A stretch of DNA of 64,000 nt from a candidate division WS1 bacterium. GTDB taxonomy: Bacteria; Armatimonadota; Zipacnadia; Zipacnadales; UBA5352. Positions 27,339-36,591 of the stretch are shown here, one piece after another. The translations under genes were made by a program, and so were the position numbers. Location: contig PXBW01000306.1 in the NCBI GenBank assembly GCA_003566775.1, positions 1,359-65,358 on the forward strand, read 5' to 3'. The notes beneath the pieces are model-generated. The model saw only the letters and a program-made list of their open reading frames with translations. It made no database searches and had not been told where the DNA came from. Position 1 is the first letter of the stretch. Every line of letters begins with the position of its first letter.

Positions 27339-28718
27339 ATGGGGCAGGAATGGGACTTCATCGCAATGGGTGGCGGAGCCGCCGGTAACGGAGGAGGCCG
27401 CCACGCCGCCGAGCTTGGCTTCAAAGTGGCCGTAATCGAGCAGGATCGCCTCGGTGGCGCGTGCCAGTGGACGGCCTGTGTGCCCTCCAAGGCGCTGCTT
27501 CAGGCCGCAAAGTCCTGCTGGCGCTACAACACGGGTCCACGGTCAGGCAGCAGTGGTTACGGCGAACAGTCTGATCCGGCGAACGCGCTCGACTATGTTC
27601 GCGATCTGACGAACCGCCTCGGCTCGCGGACTACTCCCGAGAGCATGGCGGAGAAAGGTGTCGAGGTCATCCGGGGTACCGCCGGGTTTGAAGATGAGAA
27701 CACCCTGCGCGTCGGGGGGCGCCTGCTCCGCGCTCGGCGCATTCTCATCGCCACCGGCTCACGGCCCCGCGTGCCCGACATCCCCGGCATCGACGAGGTC
27801 GACTATCTGACCAACCTCAATCTCTTCGATCTGCCGGGGCCGCCGAAGTCGATGATCATCATGGGTGCGGGACCGGCCGGCATAGAGATGTGCCAGGCAT
27901 TCAACCGCCTCGACACCGAGGTCACGGTCCTCGAACAGACAGACCGCATACTCCCACGCACTGACGCTGAACTGGCCGAGAAGCTACGCAATCAACTCAC
28001 CGACGAAGGAGTGAACTTCATCCTCGGCGCCGATGTGCGCAAGGTTGAGCAGACGAACGATTCCTGCTGCGCCGTAACCTTAGCAACGGGCGATGGCGAG
28101 AGAGTGCTGGAGGCTGAGAAGCTGCTGATCGCGGTGGGCCGTGAGGTGGCAGTGGAGGAACTTGGTCTCGACCGCGCCGGGGTGCGCGGCGACACTGGCG
28201 GCATCTCGGTGAATGACCGGCTGCAGACAGACAACCCGAATGTCTACGCGGCGGGAGATGCGCTGGGCTGCTGGCAGTTCACGCACATGGCGACAATCGA
28301 GAGTAAACATGCCACCCGTAATGCCCTGCTCGACGCGGATGAACCGATGAGCTACGATGCGGCGGGGGGGTGTATGTTCACCGATCCGGAGTTGGCGTCG
28401 ATCGGATTGAGCGAAGCTGAGGCGAATGAGCGAGGTCTCGACTTCGAGGTGTATCGGATCGACCCCGCGATGCCCGACCGGGCTCAGATCGAAGGCCGTC
28501 CAGACGGCGGTGCGAAGATCATCGCCGAACCGCGCGGCGGGCGGATCTTCGGTGCGCAGATACTGGCGGCGCGGGCGGGAGAAATCATACAGGAGTTCAG
28601 CGCGGCGATACGCCACGGTATTCCATTCAGGGGACTTGCTGAAGACGTGCATCCCTACCCGACTCTGTCGATAGCCCACTATGTGTCGGGTCAGGTTGAG
28701 TGGATGCAGGGCGACTGA
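27339..28718 (+). CDS. Class I pyridine nucleotide-disulfide oxidoreductase (dihydrolipoyl dehydrogenase / mercuric-reductase-like)
   Basis: FAD motif DFIAMGGGAAG, redox-active disulfide GGACQWTACVPSK, NAD motif MIIMGAGPAGIEM and C-terminal dimerisation-region HP motif. Confidence 0.8.
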   Translation: MGQEWDFIAMGGGAAGNGGGRHAAELGFKVAVIEQDRLGGACQWTACVPSKALLQAAKSCWRYNTGPRSGSSGYGEQSDPANALDYVRDLTNRLGSRTTPESMAEKGVEVIRGTAGFEDENTLRVGGRLLRARRILIATGSRPRVPDIPGIDEVDYLTNLNLFDLPGPPKSMIIMGAGPAGIEMCQAFNRLDTEVTVLEQTDRILPRTDAELAEKLRNQLTDEGVNFILGADVRKVEQTNDSCCAVTLATGDGERVLEAEKLLIAVGREVAVEELGLDRAGVRGDTGGISVNDRLQTDNPNVYAAGDALGCWQFTHMATIESKHATRNALLDADEPMSYDAAGGCMFTDPELASIGLSEAEANERGLDFEVYRIDPAMPDRAQIEGRPDGGAKIIAEPRGGRIFGAQILAARAGEIIQEFSAAIRHGIPFRGLAEDVHPYPTLSIAHYVSGQVEWMQGD

Positions 28719-29542
28719 CTTTCAAGCACATAGACAGGATGGAGGCAGCAGGCCGACCTATGCTGGCGCGTCGCCGCAGTCTTCGCCGTGGCTCATCCCC
28801 ATCAGTGGAGACATCGGGCGGCAGGCCTTGGGCGACCCTGTTATGCGGGCCCCAGTCGCCGCGGTGGTTTACGACCGACGCCTCACGCAGGTCGATCTCC
28901 AGGCGCTGCGATGTTACGGACCGCTTCGAGGAAATACCGGTTATGAATGGTCTGACTCATCTGCCGGTGCAGTCCCGCATGTCGTTCTGTAAGTCGCCGC
29001 AGTCATGTGCGGCAATAGGTTACCACAAGAGGACCGAGTATGTCCCATTTTCAGTGTAACGTGAGGCGGTTCTCTCGTTCGAGCGTCAGGCGATTTTCGC
29101 CTCCTCTTCGTCGCTGTTAGCTTCATTGAGAGCGGCTTCAAGTATCCAAAGATCGCGGTATCCCATGATTCGTCGGAAGTTCTTCTCGGTATCCAGATAC
29201 GCCGCCGCGGCCCAGCGCAGCACCAACTGGCGTTGTTCCAGCTCCGTGATCGTCACTCGCTGCCACCGTCGTGAGGCCCTTTCTAACGCGCCAAACGCCA
29301 GCTTGAGGCCGCTTCGCTCGCAACGACAACGGCTGACGCATAACGACGGACGGCGGCAACGGCGGACGCGCTTACCCCCCCATCACAAAAAGCACATCGT
29401 TCAGGGACAAGAACAAGGACAAGCTTGACCCTGTGCCGAAGAACGTCGTGCAGAACACCTGGCGCTGCGGCGCCGACGATCCGCTCAATCGCGCCGGCAA
29501 ATAGGGGCCGCCTGTGCGAAGAACGCAGATACCGGCAGAGGA

Positions 29543-30364
29543 GTGTTGATGATGAGGTCAACCCGGACAATCCTGACGATCTTCGTGGTAGCGGTCTTCG
29601 TTGCCCCACATACCGCCCCCGTGGCAGCCCAGGAAACTCTCGAGGAGATGGCCCTCGACATCCTGCCCATGGACGTGCAACTGAACGTGAACTACATGGC
29701 CGAGAGCCGCTATCTCGTCGGCGATCCGCCGACAACGGCGAGAGGCTCGACCGAGATCAGCTTTACCGTGCGCGGCCTGTACACCTTCATCCGCTTCAGG
29801 CCGGGCCTCGGCATGGACTTCGCGGCGATTCCCGGCCGACTGAACGATCCGCAGTTCCCCGAGATCACCGGCCTCACCGTCGATCAGACACACACCTGCG
29901 TGGACGACCAGACGATGCCCATCGGGCGGGAAAGCCGGGACCTCTCCGCATCCGCCGAGGTGCATCCCGCGTCCGGCGGCATCATGCTCTCACGCGCTGA
30001 GGACGCGGAGGGGGACAGGGTGCGGATCGGCATCGGTAGCTGGGAGCTTGAGACGGATTTCGTGGACTGCCCGCGTGAGGGCTGCTTCATCTACAACTTC
30101 CACTTCAGCGGCGCGGTCGCCGAGGACGGCGATCAGTGGGTCGAGACCGAGGAGGGGCACCTGGAGTATCTCGGACTCGAACTGGCAGTGGTCGAGTGGA
30201 GCTTGGTTCGCTCGCTGTCCGAGGGTGGCGAACTGCCCCTATCGATCCCGGTGAGCGTCACCCGTACCGTGGAGACCGCCGGGGAAGATGAGACAATCAC
30301 CGAGATCTTCACCGTAACCGGCGCGATCTCGCCGGTCGATGCGCCGCCGGGAGAGACGGAGTGA
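29543..30364 (+). CDS. Secreted hypothetical protein
   Basis: Signal peptide MLMMRSTRTILTIFVVAVFVAPHTAPVAAQ. GAGGAG RBS. No recognised domain. Confidence 0.45.
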   Translation: MLMMRSTRTILTIFVVAVFVAPHTAPVAAQETLEEMALDILPMDVQLNVNYMAESRYLVGDPPTTARGSTEISFTVRGLYTFIRFRPGLGMDFAAIPGRLNDPQFPEITGLTVDQTHTCVDDQTMPIGRESRDLSASAEVHPASGGIMLSRAEDAEGDRVRIGIGSWELETDFVDCPREGCFIYNFHFSGAVAEDGDQWVETEEGHLEYLGLELAVVEWSLVRSLSEGGELPLSIPVSVTRTVETAGEDETITEIFTVTGAISPVDAPPGETE

Positions 30365-30440
30365 GGGCAGCGAATGACCACCCGCCTGCGCGGGTAGCAT
30401 ACCGCAGGCGGGAATCGACGAAACGGAAGGCAGAAGACCG

Positions 30441-31406
30441 ATGACCGGGCGAGGATCTTATGTCAAACTGGTGGTTATTGCGCTGGTGGCGTCCGCCATC
30501 TCCGGATGCGGTGAACGGTATCAGGTCCCCGAGGGCATGACACTGCACGAGGCTGCCAGGCAGGGCGACACACGGGCCATTGAGGCGTTCCTCGACGAGG
30601 GGGCCGACATAAACGAGCGGGGCGCGGGGTACCTGACGCCGCTGCAGGTCGCCGTCGGGGAGGGTTACACCGAGGCCGCGGTGCTGCTGCTGGAGCAGGG
30701 GGCCGACGTCAACGCGCGGGGTGCGTACGACCTCACCCCGCTGCACATCGCCGCCGGGAAAGGCCACAGCAAGGTCTGCGCGCTGCTGCTTGAGCACGGG
30801 GCCGACGTCAACGCGCCTAACGAGGACGGTAATGCGCCTCTGCACGGCGCCGCCATGTTCGGCCATACGGAGACCTGCGCGCTGCTGCTGGAGTGGTGGG
30901 CCGACGTCGACGCGCGGGGCGGGTACGGCGTCACGCCGCTGCACGGCGCCGCCATGGACGGCCAAACCGAGATCGCGGCGCTGCTACTGGAAGGCGGAGC
31001 CGACGTCAACTTGCGGGACGAGGACGGCAATACGCCGCTGCACCTCGCCGCAGCAGCAGGCCACCCCGAGATCGCAGCGCTACTGCTGGACCGGGGCGCC
31101 GACGTCAACGCGCGGGACAAGGGCGTCATGGCGCCTCTGCACTTCGCCGCTTTCAACGGGCACACCGAGATCTGTGTGCTTCTGCTGGAGTGGGGGGCTG
31201 ACATCGACGCGCGGGAGGAGGCCGAATGGACGCCGCTGCACTGGGGCGCCGTGGACGGCCAAACCGAGACCTGCGCGCTGCTTCTTGGGTATGGCGCCAA
31301 CGTCAACGCACAGAACGTGGCCGGCAATACGCCGCTTTACAAGGCTGCCGACAAAGGTCACACCGAGACCGCGGACTTGCTTCGGGAGCACGGCGGCGTG
31401 GAATGA
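30441..31406 (+). CDS. Ankyrin-repeat lipoprotein (about 9 near-identical ANK repeats)
   Basis: Lipobox ISGCGE. Repeated TPLH.AA..GH.E...LLLE.GADVNAR units. Confidence 0.8.
   Translation: MTGRGSYVKLVVIALVASAISGCGERYQVPEGMTLHEAARQGDTRAIEAFLDEGADINERGAGYLTPLQVAVGEGYTEAAVLLLEQGADVNARGAYDLTPLHIAAGKGHSKVCALLLEHGADVNAPNEDGNAPLHGAAMFGHTETCALLLEWWADVDARGGYGVTPLHGAAMDGQTEIAALLLEGGADVNLRDEDGNTPLHLAAAAGHPEIAALLLDRGADVNARDKGVMAPLHFAAFNGHTEICVLLLEWGADIDAREEAEWTPLHWGAVDGQTETCALLLGYGANVNAQNVAGNTPLYKAADKGHTETADLLREHGGVE
30650..31330 (+). repeat. Tandem 99-bp (33-codon) repeats with high nucleotide identity inside the ankyrin gene
   Basis: The string gggccgacgtcaacgcgcgg and following text recurs with a 99-nt period about seven times, with only sparse substitutions. 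Confidence 0.5.
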
Positions 31407-31486
31407 CCATCCGCAGGCAGGGGCGCTCCTCCTGTACGCGACGCGTGGTGAGCAAGGACCATAGATCGAGACAGGAAGCGATAACC

Positions 31487-32050
31487 ATGCCAAAGAAACT
31501 GATCGAGCGTCCGGGGAACCGGCATTTCTACCCGTGGCCGCTGATACTGGTAAGCTGCGTGGCCGAGGATGGCACGCCCAACATCATCACCATCGGGGCG
31601 TCCAGCGTCTGCTGCGCCCACCCGTGGGTGATCGGCTTCGCCATGGGCGTGAACCAGTACTCCTACGAACTGATCAAGCGCACCGGCGACTTCGGCGTGA
31701 ATATCCCCCACCGCGAGCAACTCGCCGGCACCGACTACTGCGGGCGCAACTCCGGCCGCGACACCAACAAGTTCGAGGACCTCGGCTGGACCGCGCAGCC
31801 CTCGCAGGAGATCGACTCACCGCTCATCGAGGAGTGCCCGGTGAGTATCGAGTGCCGCATCGTCGAGATCGCGCACCTTGGCAACCACGACTGGGTGATG
31901 GGCGAGGCGCAGGTGGCGTGGATCGACGAGGACCTTCTCGAAGGCGGCGGCACGCGCATCGCCTACGAGCGCACCGACCCGGTCTGGTCATTCTTCGGCG
32001 AATACTGGAGCATCGGCGAGAAGATCGCCGACTGGGGCGGGGCGCACTGA
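31487..32050 (+). CDS. Flavin reductase-like (FMN-binding split-barrel) domain protein
   Basis: PLILVSCVAEDGTPNIITIGASSVCCAHPWVIGFAMGVNQYSYELIKRTGDFGVNIP is typical of the flavin reductase-like domain. ATG at 31487 with an AGGAAG RBS. The longer ORF from 31226 runs through ankyrin-repeat DNA and was rejected. Confidence 0.65.
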   Translation: MPKKLIERPGNRHFYPWPLILVSCVAEDGTPNIITIGASSVCCAHPWVIGFAMGVNQYSYELIKRTGDFGVNIPHREQLAGTDYCGRNSGRDTNKFEDLGWTAQPSQEIDSPLIEECPVSIECRIVEIAHLGNHDWVMGEAQVAWIDEDLLEGGGTRIAYERTDPVWSFFGEYWSIGEKIADWGGAH

Positions 32051-32132
32051 GATTGCGGGGCGGTGCCCTGGCGTTCGGGGCCATACGGCCACAGAACACA
32101 GTGCGGAGAGGTGCCCGCGGGAGGCGCAGGAC

Positions 32133-33083
32133 GTGTCGGAAGTAACTGAAAGGCCGAATGAAGATAATGACACCATAGAAAGCGTATGCGGGCCGATACT
32201 GGATCCGGTACTGCTGTCGGTGGTGATCTGCTGGGGCGGCAACTTCGTGGCATTCAAGTACCTGATGGATTTCGTGGGGCCCACGGGACTGCTGCTGGTG
32301 CGCTATGCGCTGATCACCGTGCTGTTGCTGGCCGTGCTGGAACTGCGGGGACAGTTGCGGACGGGAAATTCGAAGACCATGTGGGTTCACCTGTCCGTTG
32401 CCGGGGCCCTCATCATGGGCGGACAGCAGATCGCCTTCGTCCTCGGCCTCAACCTGACCGCCGCGGGCCAGGGATCGCTGCTGTTCTCGACCGCGCCGAT
32501 ATTCACCGCGCTGATCGTTGCCGCGATTGGTCAGGAGCGCATCACCGCAGCCAACTGGGTGGGCATCGGCGCTGCAATGGCGGGCACCGCCATGGTTATC
32601 CTGGGCGGCGCGGGCGCCGAGCACGTCCCCGATACTCACCTGCTCGGAGACCTGACGATGCTGCTCTCGTCGCTTGGATACGCGATCTACATGGTGGTCA
32701 GCAAGCCGCTGATGGCCCGCTACGGGGCGTTGAAGGTCGTTACTCTGAGCTACCTTCTCGGCTTGATCGTGGTTACGCCGATTGGCGCCGGGGAGGCATT
32801 GGCCGCGGACTGGGCCGCTCTCGGCGCCGTGGAGTGGTTTGCCATGGTCTGGCTGGTGTTGTTTGCCGGCGCCTACGGTTTCGTCGCCTGGTACTGGCGC
32901 ATAGCCCGCACCAGCGCCTCACGCGTCGCCGTCTATCAGTACTTCGTGCCCGTGGTGGCGATGATTCTCGGGGCCATCCTATTGCATGAGCGCCCGGCTC
33001 CGGTACAGATCTTCGGGGCAGCGATCGTGCTGCTGGGACTCTACTTCGCCCGTCGCCGCGATCCGGCCATCTGTCCGACATAG
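32133..33083 (+). CDS. DMT-superfamily transporter (EamA domains)
   Basis: Ten TM segments with two EamA-like halves. GTG start with a GGGAGG RBS 8 nt upstream. Confidence 0.75.
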   Translation: MSEVTERPNEDNDTIESVCGPILDPVLLSVVICWGGNFVAFKYLMDFVGPTGLLLVRYALITVLLLAVLELRGQLRTGNSKTMWVHLSVAGALIMGGQQIAFVLGLNLTAAGQGSLLFSTAPIFTALIVAAIGQERITAANWVGIGAAMAGTAMVILGGAGAEHVPDTHLLGDLTMLLSSLGYAIYMVVSKPLMARYGALKVVTLSYLLGLIVVTPIGAGEALAADWAALGAVEWFAMVWLVLFAGAYGFVAWYWRIARTSASRVAVYQYFVPVVAMILGAILLHERPAPVQIFGAAIVLLGLYFARRRDPAICPT

Positions 33084-33406
33084 TTTGGTCATGTCAGCTC
33101 AAACGGGGACGTGCAGCGCGAGGCGACGTAATCGCGCTTTGCGCCGCTCGCAGGCCGCAGCGAGGCCAGAATCGCGCGCTCACAGTTGACAATTACTGTC
33201 ACATCGGGTATGTATTGCCTGAGCCTTTACGCTGAATGGCTATTGAGCACTTATTTCGGCTTTCCCGCCTGCTTGAGGGGAAGAACGAAGCTCATCTCGC
33301 AAAGCTATCACGGCAACGCCATCGGAGCAGACCAGTTCGCATTGCGATCATATACGGTGAAAATGCGGCCAACACGGCACCGATAGCACAACGGGAGGCG
33401 TTCCTG

Positions 33407-33613
33407 ATGGCGAACCGATCGTATCACGCGGTCCCCACGGACAAGGGCTGGGCGGTCAAGCGCGAGGGCAATCAGCGCGCTACCTCAGTACACAACACCC
33501 AGAAGGAAGCGTGGCACGTCGCGCGCGAGTGGGCAAAGAAGCACGAGACCAGCGCGGTGAAGCATGGGATGGATGGCTCCGTCAAAGAGGAGTCTTCCTA
33601 CGAGCCGAAGTAG
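33407..33613 (+). CDS. DUF2188 family small protein
   Basis: MANRSYHAVPTDKGWAVKREGNQRATSVHNTQKEAWHVAREWAKKHETSAVKHGMDG matches the DUF2188 pattern (Y.V.P...GW.V.......S..F..K.EA...AR). GGGAGG RBS 8 nt upstream of the ATG at 33407. Confidence 0.5.
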   Translation: MANRSYHAVPTDKGWAVKREGNQRATSVHNTQKEAWHVAREWAKKHETSAVKHGMDGSVKEESSYEPK

Positions 33614-33668
33614 GGGTATTGCGTGACGCCCATGCACCGATTCGGGCGGTCGGTCGCGCGATGCCGTG

Positions 33669-34754
33669 TCACGAGTTCTCCTCAATCCACCTGAGCGTGC
33701 GTTCGAGTTCAGTGCGGTCGGGTGCTGAGGTCTGATAGAAGAGCCTGTCGGGGCGCAGGCGCTCGTGGAACTGCGGCAGTTCATCGAGGGTGCAGTACAC
33801 CATCACGCTCTTACCCGCCTCCTGAATCTCGGCCAGCAGATCGAGCCATTCGATCAGCAGTGGAGCGCCCGCGCCCGGGACCCACTGGATGCAGTCGATG
33901 GCCTCGATTGCCATCAGATCGTCCATATGCACGAGAGCTGTCGGGCCATCCCAGTGGAAGATGCACGCGTCCACGTGTTCGGCCTCTGCCTGGAGGTCGG
34001 GCGTCGCAAAGCGGCGGAAGTGCTCGGGGCCGATCAGCGCCGCGAAATCGCACTGTATCGTGTTGCACTTCCCATCGCAATAGGCGCGAATCCACCCGCC
34101 CCCGGTTCCCGTGCGGTCCATCCTGCCATCTTCGTGTAGCGTGTCATAGATGGTGGCGTAAAGCTCGCGCACCTGGTCATTCGCTCGCTCGATCATCTCA
34201 GTCTGTGTATAGAGATCGACGCACAACTCCGTCGCACCGCGCAGGCTCTCCAGCGCATCGAGATTCGAGTGCAGGTCGAGGTGTGAGACCACCCAGTGCT
34301 CCTCCCCCACCTCCGCGAGGCGGCGGATCAGTTCCCGCATTCGTGTCCAGTAACCATTCTCGGCGATCTGCAGGGGCAGAACATCCTCCCAGTGCTCGAC
34401 GAAGGGCACCGCCCAACTCGTGTTGTCCTCCTGCTCGCGCGAGAACTCGATCTCTGCGCCGAGGAAAGCCGCGAAGGTGTCCGGACCGAAGCCGGGCGAG
34501 AACTGGGGCACCGCGTCCCCGCCCCAGTGGATCGAACGCACGTAGGCGTCGGCAGCGGCCACCACCTCGTCGAGCGGATCGAACAGCATCTGTCGGTAGG
34601 TAGGGCGAGGCGCTGGCTCCACTCCCTCAGCCGGGCAGGTGATGACCACCGGCGGGCGGTCGAGCATCTCCCCCGCCCAGAAAGCCCTCCAGCGCTCCGT
34701 GGCTACCGTAAGGTCCGGCTTCAGTGAGAGCCTGTCGGCCGGCGCGTTGCTCAT
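33669..34754 (-). CDS. Hypothetical protein, possibly uroporphyrinogen-decarboxylase (URO-D)-like fold
   Basis: N-terminus TERWRAFWAGEMLDRPPVV resembles the URO-D/MtaA-family start (ReR..l.ge..DR.Pv). ATG at 34754 with a GGAGAGGTGA RBS. Weak assignment. Confidence 0.35.
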   Translation of the reverse strand: MSNAPADRLSLKPDLTVATERWRAFWAGEMLDRPPVVITCPAEGVEPAPRPTYRQMLFDPLDEVVAAADAYVRSIHWGGDAVPQFSPGFGPDTFAAFLGAEIEFSREQEDNTSWAVPFVEHWEDVLPLQIAENGYWTRMRELIRRLAEVGEEHWVVSHLDLHSNLDALESLRGATELCVDLYTQTEMIERANDQVRELYATIYDTLHEDGRMDRTGTGGGWIRAYCDGKCNTIQCDFAALIGPEHFRRFATPDLQAEAEHVDACIFHWDGPTALVHMDDLMAIEAIDCIQWVPGAGAPLLIEWLDLLAEIQEAGKSVMVYCTLDELPQFHERLRPDRLFYQTSAPDRTELERTLRWIEENS

Positions 34755-35067
34755 GGTCGAATCACCTCTCCGATGTGTTACCTCCGTAGGCGAATTCGAC
34801 ATGGCACGTCTCAATGCCTTCAGATCGAGAAAGCAGAGAGTGTGTATTGCAGGAGGTAATTTCGTGTTCCCGTCAAACTACTGATTGAGTCCCGAGAACA
34901 AGCGTCGGCTTGGGGACGTCAGGCACCACTGATGCACCGCAAATCCGCCGAGATGTAGCTCCAGGCAGTGTGGTCGGCGGCGAATTCAGGACAACGCGGG
35001 AGGTATCGTCGTGGATATTGGTACAACTCATGCCGAGCACAGCTTCGGCAAAGGTGGGGATCGCGAG

Positions 35068-36096
35068 ATGAGCGACATATTCGAGGACGAGAATATCATG
35101 TTCTTCGAGACCGGCCCGTGGGATGAAGCAGGTGTCTCACCGGCCGATTGCCATGCGGGCAGCACCGAGCATCGCACCACTCAGGAGCATCTTCACGAAG
35201 TGGCTGATGAAGAGGTCGCAGACCTGACAATCGCATCGGTGTTCATCGGATGCACTGTGGATCAAGAGCAGTTGGATCGCATGCCCGATCTGAAGCTGGT
35301 CTGCACGCGATCAACGGGGTACGACCACATAGATCTCGAGGCATGCAGCGAGCGCGGCGTGACCGCATGTAACGTGCCTGCCTACGCCGAGCACACCGTT
35401 GCCGAGCACACTTTCGGACTGATGCTCTGTCTGTCGCGGAAGATACTGACCGCGTACGACCGTACCCGAGGGGGTGACTTCAGCCTCGAGGGACTTGCCG
35501 GGTTCGATCTTAAGGACCGAACCCTCGGAGTGGTCGGTGCGGGCGCAATCGGCCTGCGAGTGATCCGAATAGGGATCGCGATGGGAATGAATGTGCTGGC
35601 CTATGACGTGAATGAGCAGCCGCTTCTTTCCGATGTGATGGGTTTCGAGTACTGCTCGCTCGACGCTCTGCTGGGTCGGTCTGACGTAGTCTCGCTGCAT
35701 GTACCGCTGGTGCCCGCCACCCGCCACCTCATCGACAGAGAGGCGATAGATAAGATGAAGGACGGAGCGCTGCTAATTAACACGTCCCGTGGTGAGCTTG
35801 TGGAGACGAACGCGCTTCTCTCCGCTCTGTCGAGTGGCAAGCTCGGTGGAGCGGGCCTCGACGTAATCGAGGGTGAAGAGCAGCTTGGAGATGAGGAGCA
35901 GATGGTACTGCCCGACGCGTCGCGCGATGACCTGGCGGTGGCCGTGCAGCGCTATGCTCTGCTCAGGCGCGAGAATGTAGTGCTTACGCCGCACATGGCA
36001 TTCTACTCGCGGGAGGCGCTACACAGACTGATGGATGTCACCTGCAACAACATTGTCGCCTATATTGAAGGGGAGCCGCAGAACGTGGTCTCCTGA
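35068..36096 (+). CDS. D-isomer-specific 2-hydroxyacid dehydrogenase family protein
   Basis: NAD-binding GVVGAGAIGLRVIRIGIAMGMNVLAYD, catalytic-region TSRGELV and C-terminal VVLTPHMAF. AAGGTGGGGA RBS before the ATG at 35068. Confidence 0.75.
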   Translation: MSDIFEDENIMFFETGPWDEAGVSPADCHAGSTEHRTTQEHLHEVADEEVADLTIASVFIGCTVDQEQLDRMPDLKLVCTRSTGYDHIDLEACSERGVTACNVPAYAEHTVAEHTFGLMLCLSRKILTAYDRTRGGDFSLEGLAGFDLKDRTLGVVGAGAIGLRVIRIGIAMGMNVLAYDVNEQPLLSDVMGFEYCSLDALLGRSDVVSLHVPLVPATRHLIDREAIDKMKDGALLINTSRGELVETNALLSALSSGKLGGAGLDVIEGEEQLGDEEQMVLPDASRDDLAVAVQRYALLRRENVVLTPHMAFYSREALHRLMDVTCNNIVAYIEGEPQNVVS

Positions 36097-36117
36097 GGAC
36101 TGCAGGAAGGAGGAGGT

Positions 36118-36591
36118 ATGGATCAACTAAGCGTTGGCGACACTGCGCCGGACTTCGAGCTACCTGTCGGACCCGGAGAGAGCGTCCGCCTCTCGGATAA
36201 GCTCGCACACCACGAGCACGCGGTGATCGCATTCTTTCCAGCGGCGTGGAGTCCGGTGTGCGGCGACGCGGTACTTGTGCTTGAGGCGGTCGCAGATGAA
36301 CTGCGAAGACTGGGAGCGTGTATAGTCGGCATCTGTCCCGATAACTTCTGGTCAACCAGGGCGTGGGCGGAGCACCTGGGCCTCAGCTTTCCGCTCGCCT
36401 CTGACTTTGAGCCGAAAGGGAAGGTTGCACGAAGCTACGGCGTGTTCCATGATGAAGGAATCTGCCAGCCAGCCCAGTTCATCGTTGATGAAGCGCGCAG
36501 GGTGGAGATGGCGCATATTGTGCCCCTCGGCAAGAGTCCTGGTGCGCACATGATTCTGAAGCGACTCGAGGAGTTGAGATCCCGTGGCTGA
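36118..36591 (+). CDS. Peroxiredoxin (AhpC/TSA family, BCP/PrxQ-like)
   Basis: FFPAAWSPVCG peroxidatic-Cys motif. Typical length (157 aa). GGAAGGAGGAGG RBS. Confidence 0.8.
   Translation: MDQLSVGDTAPDFELPVGPGESVRLSDKLAHHEHAVIAFFPAAWSPVCGDAVLVLEAVADELRRLGACIVGICPDNFWSTRAWAEHLGLSFPLASDFEPKGKVARSYGVFHDEGICQPAQFIVDEARRVEMAHIVPLGKSPGAHMILKRLEELRSRG

Noticed and set aside
30309-31327. 218-aa and 220-aa minus-strand ORFs
   Set aside because: Antisense to the ankyrin-repeat gene.
31226-31486. 5' extension of the flavin-reductase ORF and overlapping 247-aa ORF 30721..31464
   Set aside because: These are alternative frames through highly repetitive, GC-rich ankyrin repeat DNA. The flavin reductase has its own RBS and ATG at 31487.
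31824-32639. 271-aa minus-strand ORF and 267-aa plus-strand ORF 32186..32989
   Set aside because: These are antisense and off-frame shadows of the DMT/EamA transporter gene, which has 10 TM helices.
33722-34603. 293-aa plus-strand ORF
   Set aside because: Antisense to gene 33669..34754; extremely Arg/Pro/Ser-rich.
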